Shown: positions 9,564-17,247 of the stretch, piece after piece
How the letters are laid out: every line of letters begins with the position of its first letter
Numbering within the stretch: the first letter of the stretch is position 1
From: Candidatus Electrothrix sp. GW3-4
GTDB taxonomy: Bacteria > Desulfobacterota > Desulfobulbia > Desulfobulbales > Desulfobulbaceae
NCBI RefSeq assembly: GCF_037902255.1
Contig: NZ_CP147990.1
Location: forward strand, 1,230,001 to 1,262,000
DNA: 32,000 bases
Direction of reading: 5' to 3'
Position numbers and translations under genes: made by a program
Notes under the pieces: model-generated
What the model was told of the DNA's origin: nothing
Database searches by the model: none
Seen by the model: the letters and a program-made list of their open reading frames with translations, nothing else

Positions 9564-10397
9564 ATGTCAACACCGATCGGACTTATTGCCGGAGGAGGGC
9601 AGTTCCCTCTGCTTTTTACCGAAGCGGCCCAGGAGCGCAAACGCAGAGTCGTTGCGGTTTGTCACCAAAACGAGACGCAAGCGGAGCTTGAGCAACGCGC
9701 TGATATTTCCTGTTGGGTAAAGCTGGGTCAGCTGGGTAAAATCATCCGTTTTTTTCATGAACAGGGCGTTCGTGAGGCTGTTTTTTGCGGTACCATCACC
9801 AAGACCCGGATGTTTAGAGATATCCTCCCGGATTTTAAGGGGCTGAGTCTCTGGAATAAAATTGACAGACGACTGGATGATGCCATCCTGCGGGCAGTGG
9901 CCGGGGCGCTTGAGGAAGAGGGAATCAAGGTGCTGGCCTCGACCTGTTATCTTGAGCATCTTTTTTTTCCAAAAGGGGTCTTAGGAAAGAAAAAGCCCTC
10001 CCAGGAGCAGTTGGCAGATATTCATTTTGGCTGGCGAATTGCCCGTGAAATAGGACGACTGGATATTGGTCAATGCGTTGTGGTTCGCGAGGGGGCAGTG
10101 TTGGCCGTTGAGGCCATAGAGGGGACGGACGCAGCAATACGTCGGGGCGGGGAGCTCTCAGGATCAGGGGCCGTGGTTGTCAAGCTGAAGAAACCAGGCC
10201 AGGATTTTCGTTTTGATCTGCCTGCCACCGGGACCAAGACTATCGAGACCTTGGCCTCGGTGAAGGGGGCTGTACTGGCTGTTGAGGCTGGGCAGTCCCT
10301 TCTTTTTGATTGCGAGGCCATGATTGCTGCTGCTAACCGGGCTGGTATTGCCGTCGTTGGAGTGCAGGAGGATGAGTCTGGCGAATTGCTCTTCTGA
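9564..10397 (+). CDS. lpxI: UDP-2,3-diacylglucosamine diphosphatase LpxI (DUF1009 family)
   Basis: 277 aa. IGLIAGGGQFPLL at the N-terminus and DIGQCVVVREGAVLAVEAIEGTDAAIRRGG...VVVKLKKPGQDFRFDLPATG match LpxI signature blocks. Position after lpxA, as in genomes that use LpxI instead of LpxH. Confidence 0.8.
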   Translation: MSTPIGLIAGGGQFPLLFTEAAQERKRRVVAVCHQNETQAELEQRADISCWVKLGQLGKIIRFFHEQGVREAVFCGTITKTRMFRDILPDFKGLSLWNKIDRRLDDAILRAVAGALEEEGIKVLASTCYLEHLFFPKGVLGKKKPSQEQLADIHFGWRIAREIGRLDIGQCVVVREGAVLAVEAIEGTDAAIRRGGELSGSGAVVVKLKKPGQDFRFDLPATGTKTIETLASVKGAVLAVEAGQSLLFDCEAMIAAANRAGIAVVGVQEDESGELLF

Positions 10398-10419
10398 ACA
10401 GCAATGTTAGGGTAAGCCA

Positions 10420-11649
10420 GTGAAGAGCAAGCAGAAGATACTGAAGGTGCTCCTGCTGACGACCTCCTTCCCTTTAACCAGGGAGTCAAGGAGCGGTATC
10501 TTTATCCAAAAAATGATCAACCAGCTGCCTGATAATGTGCAGGTAACTGTGCTGACTCCAGACAGTGCCAGCGCTGCCCTCCAGCCCTCTGGAGAGTACT
10601 CTGTCCTTCCCTTTCGCTACGCGCCCAAACATTGGCAGCAACTCGCCCATGGTTCCGGTGGAATCATGGCTGCTCTTTCGCGCAATAGGTTGCTTCTTCT
10701 TCTCCTTCCTTCTTTTCTCTGCTCCAATCTGCTGGTCTGCTGTTATGCTGCGCGTAAGATGGATATTCTGCACGCTAATTGGTCGATTAACGGGGTTATC
10801 GCCGGAATTGTCGGGTTGATTTTAGGAAAACCGGTCCTGACCACCTTACGGGGCAGCGATGTTAACCTGATGGAAACATCAGCTTTGATGCGTCGGTTGG
10901 TGCATTTCTGTCTCCGTTTCAGTAATGTTGTTGTTACAGTCAGCCCTTCTTTGCAACAAAAACTTACAGAACGTTTTCCCCAATACAGGGCAAAGATCGG
11001 AGTTATTTGTAATGGCATTGATCAGGCTTTTTTTGCTGCTGAGGATATTCAGGAAGAAGTAGAAGAAGGCTGTTCCGCATCAGGACAAGGGAAAAGATCT
11101 CTCCGTTTTTTATATGTGGGAAATCTGGTCCCTGGTAAAGGGGTGGATATTATTCTTCAGGCAGCAGCTTCCTTGCCTTCGGAGAATTGGCAGCTTGATA
11201 TTATCGGTGACGGACCGGACCGGAAGGCATTAGAGGGGTATTGTCAGAAGCAGGGCCTGGAGAGCAGGGTCACCTTTCGCGGTTCAGCTCCACCAGAGGA
11301 AATACCGCATGCCATGGCCCAGGCAGATGTCTTTGTCTTTGCCAGCTTTGCCGAGGGAAGGCCGAATGTCGTGCTTGAGGCTATGGCGGTTGGCCTGCCT
11401 GTGATAGCCGGAGCAATCCCAGCGGTATCGGATCTCATTGAAAGCGGGCAACAGGGCCTTCTTTTCCCTCCAGGGGATGTCAGGGCCTTGGCAGGACATA
11501 TGACATCTCTTCTGCAGGATTCGCTCGCACGGCAAAGGTTAGGGAACAAGGCCAGGCAGTCTCTTGCATCCTCAGGATTGAGCTGGCCCGAGTCAGCCAG
11601 ACACTATCTCTCCGTTTATACAGATGTTGTTGAGGGGGAGTGTAGTTGA
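10420..11649 (+). CDS. Glycosyltransferase family 4 (GT-B, retaining type)
   Basis: 409 aa with a GTG start. The N-terminal Glyco_trans_4-like half is followed by a C-terminal EGRPNVVLEAMAVGLPVIAG block (E-x7-E signature). It does not resemble LpxB (GT19). Confidence 0.8.
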   Translation: MKSKQKILKVLLLTTSFPLTRESRSGIFIQKMINQLPDNVQVTVLTPDSASAALQPSGEYSVLPFRYAPKHWQQLAHGSGGIMAALSRNRLLLLLLPSFLCSNLLVCCYAARKMDILHANWSINGVIAGIVGLILGKPVLTTLRGSDVNLMETSALMRRLVHFCLRFSNVVVTVSPSLQQKLTERFPQYRAKIGVICNGIDQAFFAAEDIQEEVEEGCSASGQGKRSLRFLYVGNLVPGKGVDIILQAAASLPSENWQLDIIGDGPDRKALEGYCQKQGLESRVTFRGSAPPEEIPHAMAQADVFVFASFAEGRPNVVLEAMAVGLPVIAGAIPAVSDLIESGQQGLLFPPGDVRALAGHMTSLLQDSLARQRLGNKARQSLASSGLSWPESARHYLSVYTDVVEGECS

Positions 11650-11691
11650 GGAGCAAGGCCCACCGCCAACGAAAAAGAGAGGCGATTTTTT

Positions 11692-12033
11692 TTAATCCGG
11701 CTGAGTGGTAACAGCTGCAATTAAGTCTTTCAGTTTTTCAATAATCTGGATGGTCCCTTCAAATGCATCCTGCTCCTCACTCAACACCTGTTCATAAAAT
11801 TCACAGTCGTAACAGCTGGTGTGCAGAATGCGGGCAAAGCTCCCCTGAACTTTTTCAGCAGGGCCGGACATGGTTCCGGTGAGTGCCCAACAGGCCCGTC
11901 CCCCATTTATCCCGTTATTAATCCCGCTCACCGCCATTATTGTCGATGCAGGACAGATTCCCTGGTTCTTTACCTGATTGCCACCGGGTTGGCGGCCACA
12001 TTTTTTCACTTCCCAACAATTTTTTTTTCGCAC
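11692..12033 (-). CDS. Cys-rich 'two-CW' domain protein (putative metal/redox-sensing small protein)
   Basis: 113 aa. GTG start preceded by AAGGAG (CGCAAGGAGAACTGGGTG). The N-terminal NCWEVKKCGR...GICPA...NGGRACWALTGT...SCYDCEFY carries six Cys and two C-W dipeptides in the arrangement I recall for the two-CW domain. The C-terminal ~35 aa are helical and acidic. Confidence 0.55.
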   Translation of the reverse strand: MRKKNCWEVKKCGRQPGGNQVKNQGICPASTIMAVSGINNGINGGRACWALTGTMSGPAEKVQGSFARILHTSCYDCEFYEQVLSEEQDAFEGTIQIIEKLKDLIAAVTTQPD

Positions 12034-12075
12034 CCAGTTCTCCTTGCGTTCTGCTTACGGGCTCTCTTCAAAAAA

Positions 12076-12615
12076 TTAAGGGAGCAGGTTATCAAAGGCG
12101 TTGCCTACCTTCTTTTCATCCAAGAGCTCATGGAGTTCCTTTTTTGATTTTTTTGTGCTCTCACTCTCTGTAGTATCGTGAGTATCATCATTATGATGAG
12201 AGCTCGTGGCCGAGCCAACCTCGGGGCTTCGGAAGTGTTCAGCCAATGCTTGAATAACATGGCCTATCTCAATTTTTGCTATGCCGAAACTGTCGGGGTT
12301 ATCAATGATGAGAAGAAGGTGGATGTGACATTTTCCAGGCTCAGGTCCGAGGGGGTTTTTCCCTTCATTCAGGCAGCGATTGAGAATGAGAGCCTTGTCT
12401 GTATGCATGAAGATAAAATGGCTGCGCCCAAATCCCATATCACGGGAGGCCTTTTCAGCTGTTCGCAGCACGTTATTGGCAAGGGCACTGATCAACTCAA
12501 TATTGATATCTGTGGGTTCACATTTTAGCAGGACTCGACCGTCAGGTGTTAATACGGCTGCCCCGGCAAAGCCATCTATTTCTGTAAGCCGGGAAAGTTT
12601 TTCCTGAAGTTTCAT
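12076..12615 (-). CDS. Roadblock/LC7 (MglB-like) domain protein with acidic/His-rich C-terminal tail
   Basis: 179 aa with an AGGAG RBS upstream of the ATG. LTEIDGFAGAAVLTPDGRVLL...ELISALANNVL...HFIFMHTDKALILNRC...HLLLIID fits the Roadblock/LC7 alpha-beta pattern. The tail (SSHHNDDTHDTTESESTKKSKKELHELLDEKK) looks disordered. Confidence 0.6.
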   Translation of the reverse strand: MKLQEKLSRLTEIDGFAGAAVLTPDGRVLLKCEPTDINIELISALANNVLRTAEKASRDMGFGRSHFIFMHTDKALILNRCLNEGKNPLGPEPGKCHIHLLLIIDNPDSFGIAKIEIGHVIQALAEHFRSPEVGSATSSHHNDDTHDTTESESTKKSKKELHELLDEKKVGNAFDNLLP

Positions 12616-12655
12616 AAAGGTACTCCTGTTTCCGCATATGTCGCTCCCTCCTCCT

Positions 12656-12696
12656 TAGAGCTTGTAAAACGAAGGGTTAAAATTGAGTAGAGCTTG
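12656..12696. repeat. 9-nt direct repeat TAGAGCTTG x2 (12656-12664 and 12688-12696) in the gap between the two Roadblock genes
   Basis: Read directly from the sequence. The period is 32 nt within a 92-nt intergenic gap. Function unknown. Confidence 0.4.
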
Positions 12697-12707
12697 ACCC
12701 TGTATCA

Positions 12708-13109
12708 TTAGATGGTTGTTTCAAGCGGATAAAGCTTCAGCATAATGTCAAGAAGTTCTGCTTCAAAGGATTGCATAACCATCTTGGTCCTGCCAAGCCA
12801 TTCGGTACGATCGGTCATAACAAAGAGAAAAAAGGGGAGGTTCGTGAGGTCTCTGATGATAAAATGATGTTGACCGGTACTGATAATGATATCGTCTGTT
12901 ACCTCATCATTGGCAAGCAGTTTAATCGCCTTACGATTTGATTTCACGATGGAGGAGAGGTAGGCGGCTGCCACACCCGCTTCAATCTCCGGTTGTACAC
13001 TCAGCTCGGCCAGTGACAGGCCGTCATCGCAGTTCACAACCGCAGCTGTTAAAAAACCTGGTAGTTTTTTTTCAAGTCGGTCCAGGAGGGGAGGAAGTTG
13101 CTTTATCAT
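12708..13109 (-). CDS. Roadblock/LC7-like domain protein
   Basis: LPGFLTAAVVNCDDGLSLAE...AAAYLSSIV...HHFIIRDLTNLPFFLFVMTDRTEWLGRTKMVM fits a Roadblock-like pattern. Start placed at the internal ATG (13109). The ORF-track TTG start at 13184 is possible. Neither has a clear SD, so the start is uncertain. Confidence 0.45.
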   Translation of the reverse strand: MIKQLPPLLDRLEKKLPGFLTAAVVNCDDGLSLAELSVQPEIEAGVAAAYLSSIVKSNRKAIKLLANDEVTDDIIISTGQHHFIIRDLTNLPFFLFVMTDRTEWLGRTKMVMQSFEAELLDIMLKLYPLETTI

Positions 13110-13264
13110 GGGGAGAAATCCGGTCAGAGTTTTGAGACGGTACGTATTGTAGTGTTGTAGTGCTGTGGCGCGTTGAGGTTGCAAGGTCTTGCTGCGTGCG
13201 AGGTGCCTCTCGAAAAAAGGTTCGCGTTATATGTTTTCGCCTTTGCCTTATTGCAGGGGGAAAT

Positions 13265-14047
13265 TCATTTCTCTGCATTACTGAACAGGGGAAGCAGGCG
13301 GACAGGCCGCTCTTTGTCTTTACTGATCATTCTGGCATCAAATATAAACCCTGTTCTTCCTGGAAGCCCGTCGGTAATTGCCGATCTCCCAAAGGTTTTA
13401 CGCAGAAAGAGATAGCGCGATGAAAAAAACAGGGCGCCCAGTTCGCTGTCCCAATGCACAGAAACAGGATTTTTATATTTTAACAGAAAAAGAGAGTACG
13501 GCAAAGCAGGATTCACATAAAGAATAACGTAGGAACCGATAACCGCCTTGGAAACCGCGTAAAGCTTATTGCCGTAGGAGGGATGGTTCATATCAGTGGA
13601 AATGCTGTCAAGCAGAGCTATTATGGCCTCGCTGTCCACGGAGCCGATCCTGTCGCCGCTGATTGCTTGCTGGGCAAAGATGAGGTTGTCATTGGTAATT
13701 GTGCCGTTATGTACCCCGACAATATTTCCTCGGATAATAGGATGATTATTAACGTTTTTTTGAGGAGTTCCCTTGGTCGGCTCCCGGGTATGACCTAACA
13801 GAATCGTTGTCTTTTCGGACAGGGAATCCAGCACCTGGAGATACCCTGAGGATTGGACGAATTGGCTCGCTCTTATCGGGGCCTTGTTCACCCGTAGACT
13901 GGAATCGTTATTCAAGAGGGCGATACCCGTGGCCTCCCGCCCCCTTTGTTCATTGGCGAGTAGGTTGGCAGAAAACAATTCCCTGATCCGGCGGAGCTGG
14001 GGAGGGGTTCTGCCAGGGCTGATGAGGATACCGTTAATTCCGCACAT
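13265..14047 (-). CDS. Stand-alone class-II (Ntn-type) glutamine amidotransferase domain protein
   Basis: 260 aa. It begins MCGI (catalytic Cys2 after Met removal), then QRGREATG, GHTREPTKG...NNHPI, VHNGTITND and SVDSEAIIALL, the canonical PurF/AsnB/GlmS-type GATase blocks. No fused synthase domain. It starts 21 nt after the upstream stop. Confidence 0.8.
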   Translation of the reverse strand: MCGINGILISPGRTPPQLRRIRELFSANLLANEQRGREATGIALLNNDSSLRVNKAPIRASQFVQSSGYLQVLDSLSEKTTILLGHTREPTKGTPQKNVNNHPIIRGNIVGVHNGTITNDNLIFAQQAISGDRIGSVDSEAIIALLDSISTDMNHPSYGNKLYAVSKAVIGSYVILYVNPALPYSLFLLKYKNPVSVHWDSELGALFFSSRYLFLRKTFGRSAITDGLPGRTGFIFDARMISKDKERPVRLLPLFSNAEK

Positions 14048-14068
14048 GGCTGCTTGTTATCTCTCTGG

Positions 14069-15358
14069 TCAGCGGAGAAAAACCATGCTGCCCAGTTCTT
14101 CCTGCCAAACCGGGGACCGGTTTTTGTAGTTTTGCAAGCGTTCGTTGATCTCGTTTACCGGAAGCTGCAAAAAGAGGGCTGCTGCGTCAAACCAGCACTC
14201 TTGATTGCCGATATCTGTCAACAGCCCTAATTCAATAAGCTTAATGAGCTCATAATCTGTGCTGTCCAGGGTGGGTTGTGGGCTGATATAACTGAGGAGT
14301 TCATCCTCAATCTCTTTCCATTCTTTGCCCTGACTTCTTCGAAGAGAAATCGGCTCTAAAGCCAGTTGTTGTAGCACCAGTTCACTGGGGTTATCAAGGA
14401 GGAGAAAGATGGATTTGAGGAAAAATAAGAGGCCTTGAGCGTTGTTTCTATATTTTTCCAGAGCGCTATCGTCAATGGCGCTGGTGTCACTGGTCGCCAG
14501 CTTGCCCTCGTTATTACTGATCATATTTATGAGCTCTTTGCTGGTCTCGAAAAAAGGAACGCTATCAACCTTGAGAAGGCCGAATTTGGAGATCTCAACC
14601 GCCTTGAGCATCATGGTCATGAACAGGAAGGTTTTGGCCGTGATTGATACCGGACAGATATCGCCGTCTGGAAAACGGAGTTCTAAGTGAAAATTGGCAA
14701 TCTTGCCGGACGTGCTAAAGCGAACATGTTCGAGATTGAAAAAATTTTGGTGTTCCGGCACCTCCAGACTTTTTTTCAGTATCGTCTGGATTTCTGCCAT
14801 CGACTGTTTTTCTGGGGACAGGCGCATGAATTCCTGATGGGCATTATGCTGTCGTCGTCGACAAAGGGCCTGTCGATCTTTACCGGTTGAGGTGATAAAC
14901 TTAAGCCCAGGCGCAAAAAGACGGGCCATGTTCCAGAGATTTGCCAGGATAATTTCAGGGACTTCTTCTGAGAGACCTGTTCCGAGGATATGGAAATGAA
15001 GGCCGCAGGTAGGACGCATCCTGATTTTTTCTGCCAGTAAGGGCAGGACGATCCGTTGATATTGATTGAGCAGGGCATCCCAGTGAGGATGGCGCCCGAT
15101 CACCAGGACCTCAATACCGCAATGCTCTTTGATGACATCATAGACCCCCAGCTCACCCAGTTGATGCATATCCCCCGAGGGTTGCAAGGCCTCTTCAATG
15201 CGAGGTTGAAAATCCTGGCGCAGCACCCCTTTGGGAAGGGCAAACTCCAGCTCAGTGCCGATCTTGACAGCTCGGTAGAGAAGATCCTGGAAATAACGAG
15301 CATCAGGCAGCGTTAATACATTGGGCCGATTGAGAAAACTGGGACGGAAATTGAGCAT
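14069..15358 (-). CDS. Putative ATP-dependent amidoligase (glutamine synthetase / gamma-glutamylcysteine ligase-like fold) with uncharacterised C-terminal extension
   Basis: Start trimmed to ATG 15358 (429 aa). IGTELEF (res 33-39), CGLHFHILG (118-126) and FHLELRFPDG (223-232) match my recollection of the GxExE, HxH and ExR blocks of the amidoligase family. The C-terminal ~170 aa match nothing I recognise. The upstream 270 nt of the ORF-track call overlap the neighbouring gene and translate to P/H/S/R-rich nonsense. Confidence 0.5.
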   Translation of the reverse strand: MLNFRPSFLNRPNVLTLPDARYFQDLLYRAVKIGTELEFALPKGVLRQDFQPRIEEALQPSGDMHQLGELGVYDVIKEHCGIEVLVIGRHPHWDALLNQYQRIVLPLLAEKIRMRPTCGLHFHILGTGLSEEVPEIILANLWNMARLFAPGLKFITSTGKDRQALCRRRQHNAHQEFMRLSPEKQSMAEIQTILKKSLEVPEHQNFFNLEHVRFSTSGKIANFHLELRFPDGDICPVSITAKTFLFMTMMLKAVEISKFGLLKVDSVPFFETSKELINMISNNEGKLATSDTSAIDDSALEKYRNNAQGLLFFLKSIFLLLDNPSELVLQQLALEPISLRRSQGKEWKEIEDELLSYISPQPTLDSTDYELIKLIELGLLTDIGNQECWFDAAALFLQLPVNEINERLQNYKNRSPVWQEELGSMVFLR

Positions 15359-15379
15359 AAGATCTGCGCAGGGCAGCCG

Positions 15380-15442
15380 ATACCGAAGAAGTGATGGCAG
15401 GGAGAGGGGTTTCTCTGACCCGAATTTCCACTTCTTCGGTAT
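15380..15442 (-). promoter_or_regulatory. Intercistronic stem-loop: perfect 14-bp inverted repeat with a 35-nt structured loop
   Basis: Read directly: 15380-15393 (ATACCGAAGAAGTG) is the exact reverse complement of 15429-15442 (CACTTCTTCGGTAT). The loop can form a nested GGG/AGAG...CUCU/CCC helix. It lies between the stop of the 15454-15930 gene and the ATG (15358) of the amidoligase-like gene. No U-tract follows on the minus strand, so it is not a canonical intrinsic terminator. Confidence 0.6.
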
Positions 15443-15453
15443 TCGAGGGTGCT

Positions 15454-15930
15454 CTACTGTTCTATCAGAGTGAACGTAATCGTGGAACCGTGCGTTTCCG
15501 GGATAGGAGTAATGGCCTTTTGGGCTGGTTTTCCCATGCGGATGAGGGCAGCTTGACAAACGTTCATGATTGGGCAGGTAAAGGGAATATCCACCCCTGT
15601 CTTGAGAATGGACTGGGTCAGGTTCCATCCCTGACAGTGGTTGACGGACAGAGCAATTTTATTTCCTTCTTGCTCGGTGCTGAAGGATTCTATAAAACCC
15701 ATTTCATCAGCAAAAATCCGACCGATTTCAGTAATGACATTCTTGGGATCCTCGCCTTCGACCTCAAGTCCCATTTCCTGTTCCATGATTTCCAATGTGG
15801 ATTTCCCGACTTCGCTCATGGTGGCGAAAGCTGTTTCACCAAATAAATCATAGAGCGCCTTGGCCATGCCCGCAATCATTAAGGTCATGAGGCGCATCAT
15901 ATTTTTTTTCTTTTGTTCTTCGGTAGCCAT
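15454..15930 (-). CDS. Small soluble protein, possibly V4R-like (small-ligand-binding) domain
   Basis: Start moved to the second ATG (15930), which is preceded by AAAAAGGGGGA. The C-terminal IALSVNHCQGW...FTCPIMNVCQAALIRMG...GSTITFTLIE loosely resembles the Cys-containing core of V4R/hydrocarbon-binding domains. This is a weak assignment. Confidence 0.3.
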   Translation of the reverse strand: MATEEQKKKNMMRLMTLMIAGMAKALYDLFGETAFATMSEVGKSTLEIMEQEMGLEVEGEDPKNVITEIGRIFADEMGFIESFSTEQEGNKIALSVNHCQGWNLTQSILKTGVDIPFTCPIMNVCQAALIRMGKPAQKAITPIPETHGSTITFTLIEQ

Positions 15931-16075
15931 AAGGTCCCCCTTTTTCATTGCTAAGTTTAGGTCACCGATTGGGCTGGCGGCCTTGCTGTCTTGATCTCGT
16001 TGTCTTGTCGATATTTACTGATGTTGTCCTTCTCCCGTCTCTGATCGGGATCCTACTGATGGTTTAAAAAAAAAG

Positions 16076-17206
16076 TTATAATGACTTGCGAAGCTGGTCA
16101 AGATAACGCTGGGCGACCAGGCGAACGTTGCCCAGGGTTCCGTCCCGACTTACCGCGATTCCAACATAATATTGAGGGGTGATGAATCTGGTGAGTATCC
16201 AGGCGTTTTGTGACTGGACCAGATTCTCCTCAAAATCTCCCATTCCCTGCAGTGAGTCAATAGATTTTTCGACAAGTTTCATAACCATAGCAAATTTTGC
16301 TGAAAATGCTTCAACGTCTGTTCCTGTTGGATTATGGAGTGCGATTGTGATGCCGTCCATACCTGTTACCTGGATTGCAAGGACGCCGTCCATTTCGCCA
16401 GCCATTTCTTTGAGCAGCTCTTTGATCCCAGCCATTTTACTCTCTCCTTTAAGTGATTGTTGTTTCTTCTTTTGTTGTTGTATACGGATGAATTCTTGCT
16501 TAACCAAATCCAGAGGTCTTTCTTTCATAGCCGTATCCTTACGGTGTGCGGCCTCAAGCAGAAGCGACATGAGTTCGGACTGAATCTTGGGTTCTGGGAG
16601 AGGCGGCGCAAGTTTTTTCATGCTGAGCCGGACATTATCCCAGGTCAGCATTTCAAAAACCGCTTCTTCACCTATGAAATTATCATATATCGCATCAATG
16701 AGTTTGCCCTCTGTAAAAAAGAGATACCCTCTTTTGCCATTGGGATGCGCGACCTTCAATGCTGCTGTTTTTTGTTCCATAGCAACAATTTGAAGAAAAT
16801 TGGCAAGCGAAATACCGGCCAGTCCGTCGTTCCGATGTTCATGGAGGTCCAGGGCCCGGTTGATCGCCTGTTCCAAGGCATCAATGTCAAGAGGCTTTTC
16901 AAGCACCTCCATAGTTCCTGCTTTTTTCAGCTGCTGCTCCATCACTGGGGTACCAAAGGCTGTCATGACGATATTGGGAACCTTGGGAAAAGATTCTGTC
17001 ATGGCTGCGAGCAGCTCAACCCCGTCCATGACGGGCATTCTCAGGTCGGTAACAACAAGGTCCATCGGTATTTTCGATAAGATATCAAGGGCCTTCTGTC
17101 CGTTATGAGCGGTAGTTATCTGGAAACGATCATTTTTTTCAAAACCTGAGCTGATACTGAGAAGCAGTTCCGGCTCATCATCAACAATGAGTACTTGTTG
17201 TTTCAT
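16076..17206 (-). CDS. Response regulator: REC - DUF4388 - Roadblock/LC7 fusion
   Basis: 376 aa. REC: VLIVDDEPELLL...DLVVTDLRMPVMDG...VMTAFG...EKPLD. DUF4388-like: GISLANFLQIVAMEQKTAALKV...GYLFFTEGKLIDA...GEEAVFEMLTWDN. A KKKQQ linker is followed by a C-terminal Roadblock-like part: MDGVLAIQVTGMDGITIAL...AWILTRFITPQYYVGIAVSRDGTLGNVRL. Confidence 0.75.
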   Translation of the reverse strand: MKQQVLIVDDEPELLLSISSGFEKNDRFQITTAHNGQKALDILSKIPMDLVVTDLRMPVMDGVELLAAMTESFPKVPNIVMTAFGTPVMEQQLKKAGTMEVLEKPLDIDALEQAINRALDLHEHRNDGLAGISLANFLQIVAMEQKTAALKVAHPNGKRGYLFFTEGKLIDAIYDNFIGEEAVFEMLTWDNVRLSMKKLAPPLPEPKIQSELMSLLLEAAHRKDTAMKERPLDLVKQEFIRIQQQKKKQQSLKGESKMAGIKELLKEMAGEMDGVLAIQVTGMDGITIALHNPTGTDVEAFSAKFAMVMKLVEKSIDSLQGMGDFEENLVQSQNAWILTRFITPQYYVGIAVSRDGTLGNVRLVAQRYLDQLRKSL

Positions 17207-17247
17207 GGATTACCCTGTGACTGTGTCAGCTCCAGAACTGATTCTGC

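Noticed and set aside
11664-11693. Possible terminator between the convergent GT4 and two-CW genes (CGCC...GGCG followed by T8)
   Set aside because: The stem is only 4 bp with a 13-nt loop, which is too weak to call. The T8 run is also partly the stop-codon region of the two-CW gene.
15359-15628. N-terminal 90-codon extension of the ORF-track call 14069-15628
   Set aside because: It overlaps the 3' end of the 15454-15930 gene by 175 nt in another frame. It runs through the 14-bp inverted repeat and translates to P/H/S/R-rich sequence with no family resemblance. The conserved amidoligase-like blocks begin just after the internal ATG at 15358.
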